DNA of 64,000 bases from Candidatus Bathyarchaeota archaeon (GTDB lineage Archaea; Thermoproteota; Bathyarchaeia; Bathyarchaeales; Bathycorpusculaceae). How positions within the stretch are numbered: position 1 is the stretch's first letter; every line of letters starts with the position of its first letter. Below are positions 11,175-20,414 of the stretch, in pieces. The stretch is taken from NCBI GenBank assembly GCA_963833575.1, contig CAWHXY010000007.1, positions 320,001-384,000 of the forward strand. Reading direction: 5' to 3'. A model generated the notes under the pieces. The model did not search any database. It saw nothing but the letters and a program-made list of their open reading frames with translations, and was not told where the DNA came from. Made by a program: the position numbers and the translations under genes.

Positions 11175-11579
11175 TTATAGAATCATTTTGTAGAAGGTGG
11201 ACGAAAAACCATCTGACGACAAAATTGTGATTTGATAGGTGCTCCGAAAGACTATTGGTTTAGTCAGATTCAAAACTAAAGTTACGTTAGAATTCGCTTG
11301 TATCGGTATCTCTTTTCCAATGTTTATTTGACAACCGTTTACATAAGCAACGGTAATGGTAATGTCAGATGAACCGTTATTGTAAACTGAAATCAAGAAT
11401 GAACTTGAACCCGCTTTACCTTGAACATTTGTTATAGCCAAAGGGTTTGTGGGATCTTTAATTGAGGAAGCCTTGGTTGTATCTTGAGAGGGTTGGAAGA
11501 CCAAGATGCCTACGACTAAACTGGTCAAAACAATAGCAAACACAATCAAAATGATTATGGTCACGTATTTTCTATTCAT
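11175..11579 (-). CDS. Membrane-anchored beta-sandwich (pilin/Ig-like) protein
   Basis: N-terminal TM; 'VYNNGSSDITITVAYVNG' pattern. Confidence 0.55.
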   Translation of the reverse strand: MNRKYVTIIILIVFAIVLTSLVVGILVFQPSQDTTKASSIKDPTNPLAITNVQGKAGSSSFLISVYNNGSSDITITVAYVNGCQINIGKEIPIQANSNVTLVLNLTKPIVFRSTYQITILSSDGFSSTFYKMIL

Positions 11580-12492
11580 TCTCTTTGTTCATCGGATTAC
11601 ATTCGTTTATTTCACTGTATATTAATTATGAATTTACGATAACTATTTCTAATATTAGATGAAGCGCGAGCTTAAACGCAAAATTCCTGCCCTTCTCTTG
11701 AATGAAAGGCTTGCGCGGTTATACAAAAGCCTTTGGATTAAAGATTCAATAATAAAAAAGAACATGTTTCAGAATTAAGCTCAGGATTAATGTGTACTAA
11801 AAAAAGTGGAGAAAAATCCTAATCAGCACGCTATCGTGTGATAGTGACAGACAGACATTAGGAACGTACAAGCGTGCATGGGTGATAAGAGAAGTTTTAG
11901 GTGTAAGTTAGTGAGTTCGTAAGAGAGAGATTAAAATATAATCCACCTGTTAGAACATCCAGTTCAATAACTTTATCGCAGGAATAGTTAATGTCCTGAG
12001 TGCGTAAACAAAATTTTTGTCCCACATTTTGGACATTGATGATAAATTATGAGTTTTTGACTGTTATATTTAGGTTTCATTTCTACGTAACATGAAGGAC
12101 ATAACGGCGCTTTAGGCAAGGTTTGCTCAACAAATTAGTACCTATGTAATTATCGATATAACCGTTACTAAAAAAAGTCAAAACGAATTCGTACCCAAGT
12201 GATTTTTGTCTTTAATTGATTTTTGCCGTTTCAAACTTGAATTGAGTCAAGCTCAAACAAAGAGGGCTTTCGCACCTCAGATTTACTTATTCACTGTCTC
12301 CATTTTATCTTTCAGGTTATCGATTCTCTACAGAAGTATAGCAAAAGTAGGCTCTAATGTCATACACATCATTAGAATGTTAAGTAAAAATTGCTATCAC
12401 CTAGCGCTTATAGACAGAGTTGACGATCTACTTTGCTAAGAAACGAAAATCCTTTAAACAAGATAACACCACTCAGACTGAGTGGCGTTAAG

Positions 12493-12894
12493 ATGGTAAA
12501 AACTGATAAACTGCTGACTAGAGGCGCGTTAGTTTCTATGCAAGTCGTAGACGCAAAAGGACGATTGGTTGGAAAAGTGAAAGATATCGCTTTCGCTGTT
12601 GGAAAGACTGGCATTGCCTTGTCAGTGGAGAATAAATTTGGTGAAACGCAACAAGTCTCCTGGGAAGATGTTCAAGCTGCATCAGACGTCATACTTCTAA
12701 AGGCAGTTCCATCGCATGAGCTTAGTGAGGAGGAAAAGGTGTTTGGCCCTTTTGAACAGCAACAGCAAGAACCCGTTCAAACTGTAGGTAAGAAAAAATC
12801 AACTAAACCACTTTGCCCAACGTGCAATCAACCTCTTACTTGGATCCCGCAATACAAAAGATGGTACTGCTACAACGACAAGAAATACGTTTGA
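12493..12894 (+). CDS. PRC-barrel domain protein with C-terminal zinc-ribbon-like domain
   Basis: VVDAKGRLVGKVKDI...VSWEDVQAASDVILLK; CPTCNQPLTWIPQYKRWYCYND. Confidence 0.85.
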   Translation: MVKTDKLLTRGALVSMQVVDAKGRLVGKVKDIAFAVGKTGIALSVENKFGETQQVSWEDVQAASDVILLKAVPSHELSEEEKVFGPFEQQQQEPVQTVGKKKSTKPLCPTCNQPLTWIPQYKRWYCYNDKKYV

Positions 12895-13320
12895 GACAGC
12901 TAAACTATCTTCAAATATTTTTTTGTTTTTTTTGCTTTAGAATGGGTAGCTGTTTTCTTTAGTTTTGAGCTGGAAAGCTTTGTTTGCTGTACTTACTTAT
13001 TTCCAACTTGATGTTTCCCAGAATTAACTAGTAGTTTCATAGTATAAACAAGCGAAAATTCGAGAACCTCTAAAGAATCACTAAGCCGTTTCACGAGAAA
13101 CTTCTAACTAAAATCAAAAAATGAAGAAACTTGGTTTAAATTCTAGATACTATTGCAAACATTTCAGTTACTCAAGTTCTTTGAAAATTGACAAAGCTCA
13201 ATCATAAAAAGTTCAGACTGGAACTTAAGGCAAGAGCTTGAGTATAGCTTAACGACATCGCGTTTGCATATAGCTTATATTATTCTTTTGGTTTTGTTTT
13301 AAGTTCTGGAGACACGAACC

Positions 13321-13599
13321 ATGAAACGCTTCATAGTCAACTCGAAGGTACCTCAAATCCAGCTTAACAGGCTTACCTGCATTATAGGTACAACCAACAT
13401 CTTTGAGAGAACAGGTATTAAAGATGTCTATTTGAAAACCTGTTATTGTTGTTCTCCTGAGTCTAACGCTGGCGTGGAAAAAGCCCTCATCGAGTTTGAA
13501 GCCTTATCCAAAGAGGCTCTGGAATCGGCGCTTCAGAAGATTGACTTCCCTGCTGACTCAATAATTGAAGTCACCAAAGTCGAGGTCGGCAAGAACTAA
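13321..13599 (+). CDS. DUF4242-like small ferredoxin-fold protein
   Basis: 'IEFEALSKEAL...FPADSIIEV' pattern; CYCC cluster. Confidence 0.5.
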   Translation: MKRFIVNSKVPQIQLNRLTCIIGTTNIFERTGIKDVYLKTCYCCSPESNAGVEKALIEFEALSKEALESALQKIDFPADSIIEVTKVEVGKN

Positions 13600-13697
13600 A
13601 ACCCCTGTTGCTTTTCCGAGTTCCATAATTTTTAGGTGCAAGCGACTCTTCCGAATTGCTAAATTAGAAAGATCTATCAGAGAAATGCTACACTAAC

Positions 13698-13934
13698 TTA
13701 CGCTTCCATCAGTATCAAGGTTAAAGTTGACCGAACTTGGTCAATTGTACGAATTTTATGTGAAATTGAAGCCTTCAGCTCCTCCATAGTGTCTGCCTTG
13801 ACACGCGCAATTAAATCGTACACACCATAGGAAACGTAAGCTTCTTCTACGGTATTCATTTTCTTAAGCTCTTTTAGAACACTATCTTCAGAACCCGATT
13901 CAACATTAACCAATACATACGCTCGCATAATCAA
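13698..13934 (-). CDS. Lrp/AsnC ligand-binding (RAM) domain protein
   Basis: AYVLVNV...YGVYDLIARV...IRTIDQVRSTLT. Confidence 0.92.
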   Translation of the reverse strand: MIMRAYVLVNVESGSEDSVLKELKKMNTVEEAYVSYGVYDLIARVKADTMEELKASISHKIRTIDQVRSTLTLILMEA

Positions 13935-14247
13935 GCACCCATTTTCTAATAATCATGAAGATAATTAAATAGTTTGACTTGAAAAGTTTTATAGTAACTG
14001 TTGAAAAAATCGAGCTAACGCTAAATGAAAGCTTACTTTTGTCCCAATAATCTCTCAGTCTCCCAGTTTTTTCTGTGACAAAATCCTTCTTGATATGTTC
14101 AATTACCCCTTCATCAACATCAGGCCTTTCAGAGTTTCCCTTGTTAATAGTTATGCCTTTGTTTCTCTCGATACTCTCTGTTGCTTTGATAATGAGGTAT
14201 CGAAAGACTAATAACTTAAATCAATAGACCTTTTCCAAAGTTCGCTA

Positions 14248-14330
14248 ATTTAAACCAAAAATTAAACGAATACCTTGTCAAACTCCAAATTAAAAAAACA
14301 ACCCAGAACTCAAGTAAAAAGTATACAGAT
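14248..14330 (+). repeat. Dispersed intergenic element, subtype 2, copy E
   Basis: aatttaaaccaaaaattaaacgaataccttgtcaaactccaaattaaaaaaacaacccagaac aligns ungapped to the reverse complement of about 39627-39689. Confidence 0.65.
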
Positions 14331-14388
14331 TTTAACCGATGTAAATTGAATTAGTAAAAATCAAAAATATAGTATTATTGAAAAAAAG

Positions 14389-14420
14389 AAAAGTTGAGTT
14401 TTGAGAAGAACTCTACTTTT
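14389..14420 (-). terminator. Hairpin plus T-tract after Snf7 gene
   Basis: aaaagt-t-gagtt...aactc-t-actttt inverted repeat directly after the stop codon, then oligo-T on the minus strand. Confidence 0.45.
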
Positions 14421-15074
14421 TTAGCTGCGTGTTTTGTTGGCTGTTCCGGATGGCATTCCAGGAGGTAAATCTGGAAAGTTCGCGCTTACTCGTTGTTCAG
14501 CCACTGTTGCTGCTTCTGCAAGGATTTTTGATGCGTCTTCGTTTACATTATCAAAGTTCATTGAACTACCGCTGCTTAATCCTGCATCAAACATTAAACC
14601 GCTTAGCATGTTTCCAATGTCGCCTAGTTCGCCTTCGGCTTCAGGTAAAACTCCGCCTAATCCACCGCTGACACTGCGAAGTACTCCAATGCATGGTCCT
14701 AATGCGGAAACGACATCTCCTAGCTCAGATACTGTTCTTATGCGTAGTGATACTTGGTCTAGGGCTAGTCTTGCATTCATTATTAGCTTTGACATTTTTC
14801 TGAGTTCAGCAAGCTCTGTCGCGTAAATGTTGGCGTGCGCTGAATCATGATTTGTGTAAGCTTGTACTAGTTTGGCGAATAGTGTTTTGTCTTTTTGTGT
14901 GAAGCGTTCGTTTGCTTGGTCCAATTTGTTAATTTGCAAGTCAAGTTTTCTAACGGCTAGGTCTAAGCATGTTTTTAGTGCTGGCGGCGGCTGTACCACG
15001 TCATGTATTGCTTTTCCTAATGAGTTATCTTCTCCTCTTTGTGCTTCCCATTTTTTAGAAAATCGTTCAGACAT
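14421..15074 (-). CDS. ESCRT-III / Snf7 family protein (CdvB paralogue)
   Basis: Helical hairpin, ANIYATELAELRK, LALDQVSLRIRTV, EDASKILAEAA, C-terminal FPDLP. Confidence 0.88.
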   Translation of the reverse strand: MSERFSKKWEAQRGEDNSLGKAIHDVVQPPPALKTCLDLAVRKLDLQINKLDQANERFTQKDKTLFAKLVQAYTNHDSAHANIYATELAELRKMSKLIMNARLALDQVSLRIRTVSELGDVVSALGPCIGVLRSVSGGLGGVLPEAEGELGDIGNMLSGLMFDAGLSSGSSMNFDNVNEDASKILAEAATVAEQRVSANFPDLPPGMPSGTANKTRS

Positions 15075-15165
15075 GTTAACATCTTCTTGTAGTTCAGTCA
15101 GCATAATGTGCTTTTAATTGTTGCTAACATGTAGATATATACGTAGAAATATACCCTATTTTTTC

Positions 15166-16038
15166 CTATTTGAAACTGCCAAAGATGTATGCTAACAGAC
15201 CAAAAATAAACCATAATAGAACAAATTTCTTGATTCTCCTCGAATTCTCACGCGAATAATCCCTTAGCAAAAGCACAGATGAAACCACAAGCCCAATGTT
15301 AGTCACCAACACAAATGGGATAAACCAAAGAGAAACCAAACTAAAAATTAGAGGAATCGGCGTTAAAGCTACTGCTGAAATATAGAATAATGCGGCTGAA
15401 ATGGCAGCTTTTTTTTCGCCATATCGTACGGCTAAAGTTTTGATGCCTTCTACACTATCTCCTTTGATATCAACGACGCCTTTGGTGATTTCTCTGCCTG
15501 TGTTTGAGAGGAAAGCCATTATGGAAAAGAGCAGAACGTTGATTTGAAGCCCGCCGGTTACTGCGATGCTTCCATAAATGAAAGGTATTGCTACGCAGGT
15601 GCTTACTAAAAAGTTGCCAGGTAAGCCGCTGCGTTTTCCAACTGTCACGTAGGAAACTGTTATAATCCAAGCTGCCGCCGCGACGACTAGACAAAGGATG
15701 TTTGAGCTATTTGAGTAATAAGCAAAAACTAAACCAACGGCTGTGAGTCCGGCTACAAATGTTAAGGCTTCTTTGACGTTTACTGAGCCGCTTGGGATAG
15801 GACGCGTTGGTTCATTTACCGCATCAATTGTCCTATCGTAATAATCATTTATGGCCATGGCGGCAGCGCATAGCAGAAAACCGGTAAAAAAGCCAAATAC
15901 GATGTTTAGCCAATGTGTTTGGAGTTGGGTTGTTGCCAAAAGTGCGCCAACGAAAACGGCGAAGCCCATCATTGCACAGTTGATTGGTCGAATTAACCGG
16001 ATAAAGCCACGAAGCTTATTCATTCTACTTCTAACCAT
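15166..16038 (-). CDS. Digeranylgeranylglyceryl phosphate (DGGGP) synthase, UbiA family
   Basis: NDYYDRTIDAVNEPTRPIPSG and REITKGVVDIKGD motifs. Confidence 0.9.
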   Translation of the reverse strand: MVRSRMNKLRGFIRLIRPINCAMMGFAVFVGALLATTQLQTHWLNIVFGFFTGFLLCAAAMAINDYYDRTIDAVNEPTRPIPSGSVNVKEALTFVAGLTAVGLVFAYYSNSSNILCLVVAAAAWIITVSYVTVGKRSGLPGNFLVSTCVAIPFIYGSIAVTGGLQINVLLFSIMAFLSNTGREITKGVVDIKGDSVEGIKTLAVRYGEKKAAISAALFYISAVALTPIPLIFSLVSLWFIPFVLVTNIGLVVSSVLLLRDYSRENSRRIKKFVLLWFIFGLLAYIFGSFK

Positions 16039-16420
16039 TTTTGAGTTATAGCTCTAATCTGCTTATCTATAAAGCTTGTACTGTTCCAAGATAAAATGCA
16101 TCTGATCTTTTTTGTATGCATGAGGGAAGAATCGACGCGGAAGAAGAAATGCTGATCTAACCCGAAATTCGATGAACACCAGATTTCCAAATTGAAGTTA
16201 ACCTTTAAGATAAGACATTCTTAGTCCACAATTTCATAGAATGCTCAAGACTTTGTGCTAAGACGCCAATTTTTAATGCAAACGCTTGCGATTGAACACG
16301 ATCATTTAGATCAAGAGTAGAAAAGGTCAAAATCATTTAATATGCGTTGACCTTCACTATGTTATCTTTCTTAAATATGCGTAAAAGGACAATCTGAGTT
16401 AACGGAAAACCAACCTATCT

Positions 16421-16593
16421 CCAACCTTTTCCATACTTTTTTAACCTTTTCCGTGCTTTTTTCTACTTTTCCCTACTTTTCACTACGAATCTAGCCGAAT
16501 CTGTACGCAACCTGCAGCTAAACTAAGCCTTAAATAGAAAAATCGACCCAAAACACATTGCAAAAAATTTGCAATGAAATCCCACTCTCAGGT
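16421..16593 (+). repeat. Dispersed intergenic element copy A: six NNNNNCTTTT decamers plus conserved core
   Basis: 16484-16557 is the exact reverse complement of 32981-33054 (74 bp); decamers at 16421-16480. Confidence 0.9.
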
Positions 16594-16641
16594 GCATCAT
16601 TGACGAATTATAGTAGGGACAGGGAAAAAATGAGTGAGGGC

Positions 16642-17610
16642 TTATGTTGCAAGCATATCGGCAACCTGAAGCAACCTCAAGTCAATCGGTTTCTTACCGT
16701 TAGCAGCTTTCTCTAAATCATAACTTGAGATAGCACCGTTTTGCAATCCAACTGCCATGTTGCCTTTTCCCTGACAGATCAAATCAACAGCTTTCTCCGC
16801 AAATAAACTAGCAAGTAACCGGCTACGTGTAGTCGGACTTCCTCCACGTTGAGCATAGCCAATAATGGACAGCCTAACCTCAGATTCCATCTGCTGCTGC
16901 ATATCTAAAGCAAGTTTGCTTGTGTTACCGCAGCCTTCTGCCGCAACAATTATTCCTGTTCTCTTACCTTTTTTCGCGCTTTCATCAAGTAACGTCACAA
17001 TATCAGCAAGACTCACTGGTTTCTCCGGAATCAAAATAACTTCTGCACCAACACATATCCCGACTTCTAAAGCGAGAAAGCCTCTTTCCCTTCCCATGAC
17101 TTCAACAATGAATATTCTTTCATGAGAAATTGCTGTATCGCGAATTTTGTCAATTGTACCTACTGCAGTGTTCACTGCGGTGTCAAAACCGATTGTTTCA
17201 TCAGTGCCGTAAACATCATTATCAATGGTGGCAGGTATTCCAACCATCAAAGCATCACATTTCTTGCTAAGGTCTAAAGCACCTCTAAAGGAGCCATCGC
17301 CGCCTATAACAACTAACCCATCAACGTTATTTGCCGACAAAGTTTCAGCAGCTTTTTCAACAGCACCCTTCTCCTCAAAACCCGGACACCGCAACGTATG
17401 AAGTATGGTACCGCCTAACTGAATAATTCCGCCAACACTACGGGGAGTTAACTTTCTAAAGGAATTAGATAGTAATCCATCCCAGCCTCTTTCAAACCCC
17501 ACAACTTGAAACCCCTTCGCATGCCCAATTCGCGTTACCGCTCTGATGGCAGCATTCATGCCTGGGGCATCCCCACCAGAAGTAACAATGCCAATAGTTT
17601 TCGTCATCAA
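16642..17610 (-). CDS. pfkA: 6-phosphofructokinase, PfkA family, probably ATP-dependent
   Basis: TSGGDAPGMNA, GGDGS, PATIDND, TIGFDTA, VEVMGR, AQRGG. Confidence 0.93.
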   Translation of the reverse strand: MMTKTIGIVTSGGDAPGMNAAIRAVTRIGHAKGFQVVGFERGWDGLLSNSFRKLTPRSVGGIIQLGGTILHTLRCPGFEEKGAVEKAAETLSANNVDGLVVIGGDGSFRGALDLSKKCDALMVGIPATIDNDVYGTDETIGFDTAVNTAVGTIDKIRDTAISHERIFIVEVMGRERGFLALEVGICVGAEVILIPEKPVSLADIVTLLDESAKKGKRTGIIVAAEGCGNTSKLALDMQQQMESEVRLSIIGYAQRGGSPTTRSRLLASLFAEKAVDLICQGKGNMAVGLQNGAISSYDLEKAANGKKPIDLRLLQVADMLAT

Positions 17611-17763
17611 ACAAACCCCTATTTAAGCTCACAATGCCTTGTAGGCTTGAACATAAAAACCTATCTAAACACAAATCAAACAAACAAAATGTTTAGAATG
17701 GCTAGACAACAGTAGCGGTGCCAAAAAACATAAATTCTTTGCTCTTATCCATATGGACTTTGT

Positions 17764-17917
17764 CGGGAGGTAGCTCAGCCTGGCAGAGCTCTCGAGCCGG
17801 CTAACACGCTTAGCCGGTGGAGACGCTGTAGAGGTCTACCCATGGTAGGCTTTATTCTAGCCTGCACAGGCCACAGATACCGAGCCGTCGCAGGTTCAAA
17901 TCCTGCTCTCCCGACCA
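17764..17917 (+). tRNA. tRNA-Tyr(GTA) with two introns (30/31: 17795-17824; 37/38: 17832-17878), CCA encoded
   Basis: C1:G72/A73 identity; D arm GCTC/GAGC; T arm GCAGG-TTCAAAT-CCTGC; anticodon arm CTCGG-CTGTAGA-CCGAG after removing both introns; both introns fit BHB motifs. Confidence 0.93.
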
Positions 17918-18034
17918 TCTAACTTATCATTTCCTAAACAAAAATCCCCTTAATTTTCCGTTTCTACTTCTAAATGTCAAAAATATGAACCCACGCATTA
18001 ACATAAGAAAGGACTGGTATGTAAAATATTTGAA

Positions 18035-18748
18035 TTAAATTCCTTTGTTTCCATATCGGTTACGGTGCGTGAAGTCTTCTATGTCCCGACGCACTCTGAG
18101 GTATTTGCTGGCGCCCGCAGGGTATCCTAAGCGGCATGTGTAAGCAATTTTAATGTAGTTTGGGATGCCTAAAAGTTTCTTTATCTCGGTTTCGACTGGC
18201 GGGGCAGAGAACGAGCTCAGAATTTGAAGACCAATACCCAAAGATTGTGCCATTAGCCACATGTTTTCCATTAGGCAGCCTAAACTTATGAAACCTAAAA
18301 TATCTCCTCGTGAGGCAGGTGCTCTCTTTCTAGAATCATAGGTAACGATGAGAAGTGTTGGGCTCCCTCGGATGGACTGGGTGAGCGGCATCGGTTCAGT
18401 CTTTTGGACTACTTCCGCCATTTTCTCAGGGTCAACCCAATCAGGAGGGAACATCGCGCCTAAAATTCCCGTTTTCTTTTTCAAAAGTTCCTCTTTGGAA
18501 AAGGAAAGTTGATCGTAATTCTCCCTTAAGAACTCCTCTGAAATTCGTGATTTGATGTTTCCTATTTTCTCCAGAACCGCTTTATCATCTATTATTACCG
18601 CATCGAAGTTTTGCATGTTGTGCGCTGTGGGCGTCCATCTTGCCGCTTCCAAAATCTGCTTCAAATCATCTTTTGACATTGGTCGATTAGGGTCGAAAGG
18701 CACCCGCGCTGATTGTCTTTCCTGGATAATTCTTAATAGTTCATTCAT
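18035..18748 (-). CDS. Nitroreductase family protein
   Basis: RQSAR, ILEAARWTPTAHNMQ, ENMWLMAQSLGIG, LGYP. Confidence 0.9.
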   Translation of the reverse strand: MNELLRIIQERQSARVPFDPNRPMSKDDLKQILEAARWTPTAHNMQNFDAVIIDDKAVLEKIGNIKSRISEEFLRENYDQLSFSKEELLKKKTGILGAMFPPDWVDPEKMAEVVQKTEPMPLTQSIRGSPTLLIVTYDSRKRAPASRGDILGFISLGCLMENMWLMAQSLGIGLQILSSFSAPPVETEIKKLLGIPNYIKIAYTCRLGYPAGASKYLRVRRDIEDFTHRNRYGNKGI

Positions 18749-18750
18749 TT

Positions 18751-19764
18751 TTAACCCTCACTGATTTTTAACACTGATCTAAAATGAACCTTCGCCGTCA
18801 TCATTCGATCGAAAGCAACTGCGGCTTGCTCAAGCGGGAACAACTCTACCATGGGGACGACATGTGTGAGGACACTAAATTTCAAAGTGTCGGCGGTGTT
18901 TCCTCCCACCCAACCACTTACTGAACGAACTGCGCGCATCAATTGGACAGACGATATCTGCATTGGCTCATTCACAAATGTAATAATTATCATTTGACCG
19001 TTTCGGGAAAGTCCTTCCACAAGATCTGAGATAGCTTTGCTATTGGGGGCTGTACAAAAGATGGCGCGTGCGCCTCCAAGCTTCATTAATTCTTCAGAAG
19101 GATCTACTTTATTGGCATCTATGTATATTTGCGCCCCCAGCTTTCGCGCTAATGCTTCTTTTTCGTTGCCACGAGATATCACTGCAGCTTTTAAGCCAAG
19201 TTTAACTGCAAACTGTAAGGCTAAGTGGCCTAATCCTCCAAAACCCTGAATTGCAATTAAGTCACCGCCTTTGACTGAACTGCTTTTCAACGCGCCGAGT
19301 GTGGTCGCGCCTGCACAAAGAAGAGGTGCAGCCTCCACTGAGCTAAGCTCGTCTGGGATAACAGTAAGTACTTCCATTCGAGCAACCATATACTCCGCGT
19401 ATCCCCCGTCAGTTGAGATGCCTGTAGCCAAAGGACTCTCACAAGCCCAAAACTCCCCTTTTAAACAGGAATTGCAGTGATAACAGTGCCCGCCGCGCCA
19501 TCCTACGCCGACTCTCTGACCAACCTTCCAATAGTGCGATTCAGAACCCAACTTGGCGATGGTACCGACAACTTCATGACCAGCCGTTCTGGGATATTGC
19601 AAGCCAGGAAAATAACCTTGCTTAACAATTGCATCTCCATGACAGACCCCGCAAGCATGTACCTTGAGAAGCACTTCGTGTTCTTTTGGCTCTGGAATTT
19701 CTTTCTGAACGAGCTCAAAATCAGCGCCTTGCGCTTTGACTTGTATTGCTTTCATTAATGTCAT
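18751..19764 (-). CDS. Zinc-dependent alcohol dehydrogenase (MDR)
   Basis: CGVCHGD, GHEVVG, CYHCNSC, GFGGLG. Confidence 0.93.
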   Translation of the reverse strand: MTLMKAIQVKAQGADFELVQKEIPEPKEHEVLLKVHACGVCHGDAIVKQGYFPGLQYPRTAGHEVVGTIAKLGSESHYWKVGQRVGVGWRGGHCYHCNSCLKGEFWACESPLATGISTDGGYAEYMVARMEVLTVIPDELSSVEAAPLLCAGATTLGALKSSSVKGGDLIAIQGFGGLGHLALQFAVKLGLKAAVISRGNEKEALARKLGAQIYIDANKVDPSEELMKLGGARAIFCTAPNSKAISDLVEGLSRNGQMIIITFVNEPMQISSVQLMRAVRSVSGWVGGNTADTLKFSVLTHVVPMVELFPLEQAAVAFDRMMTAKVHFRSVLKISEG

Positions 19765-19859
19765 AAAATTTCACCTTTCTCTTTGAACAAATCAATGGAT
19801 ATAAATCTTATCAACAAAAAAATCCTGCATCAAAACAGGAAAATAAAATGTTTGATTGA

Positions 19860-20345
19860 CTAGTCGTGCATTAACACGATTTCTCCTGGAGCAAACCAAA
19901 TAGCCATATAAAATTGGATAACACGCCAACCGAAAAAATGCCGCAAATCTAAGAAACCCATCCTTCTAAAACGCATCAAGTTAAGAACCGATAAAGCAGC
20001 AACATTTCTTCTTTGTGTTGAAGCAAAAACCGCGATCACGTCCTTTTGCTTGAGATGTTGAACTGCGTTGCTCGTCAGTCTTGCTGCGAAGCCTTTTCCT
20101 CGGAAACTTGGGTGAACTGCAATCCACAATATGCAGCCATACTTTTTGTCGCCAATTTGAAAGTCAATAAGTTTAGCAAAACCGACAACAGTTCCATCTA
20201 TTTCGCTAACGAGTACATGTCCTTCTTCATTTAGGCTGTGAGCAGCGAAGAAGCGATAGAACTTTGGAAAAGAGAGGTCAATAATCTGCTTAACTTGGCT
20301 TTCGTCGTTTTGTGCCATTTGTCTTATGGTTAAGTCGGCGTCCAA
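19860..20345 (-). CDS. GNAT family N-acetyltransferase
   Basis: IAVHPSFRGKGFA motif A. Confidence 0.88.
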   Translation of the reverse strand: MDADLTIRQMAQNDESQVKQIIDLSFPKFYRFFAAHSLNEEGHVLVSEIDGTVVGFAKLIDFQIGDKKYGCILWIAVHPSFRGKGFAARLTSNAVQHLKQKDVIAVFASTQRRNVAALSVLNLMRFRRMGFLDLRHFFGWRVIQFYMAIWFAPGEIVLMHD

Positions 20346-20414
20346 AGAAGAGGCTCCTTTCTAAAGAAATTGTATAGATCGTTATTAAATGGTTGAGGCG
20401 AAAAAAACGCTTGG

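Noticed and set aside
14030-14200. Open minus-strand frame upstream of the Lrp gene
   Set aside because: No start codon and no recognisable motif
16421-16500. Decamer arrays as a CRISPR or mini-CRISPR array
   Set aside because: Constant and variable parts are only about 5 nt each; no cas genes; far below CRISPR repeat/spacer sizes
17918-20345. Integrated element at the tRNA-Tyr 3' end
   Set aside because: No integrase and no duplicated tRNA 3' end (att site) seen in the window
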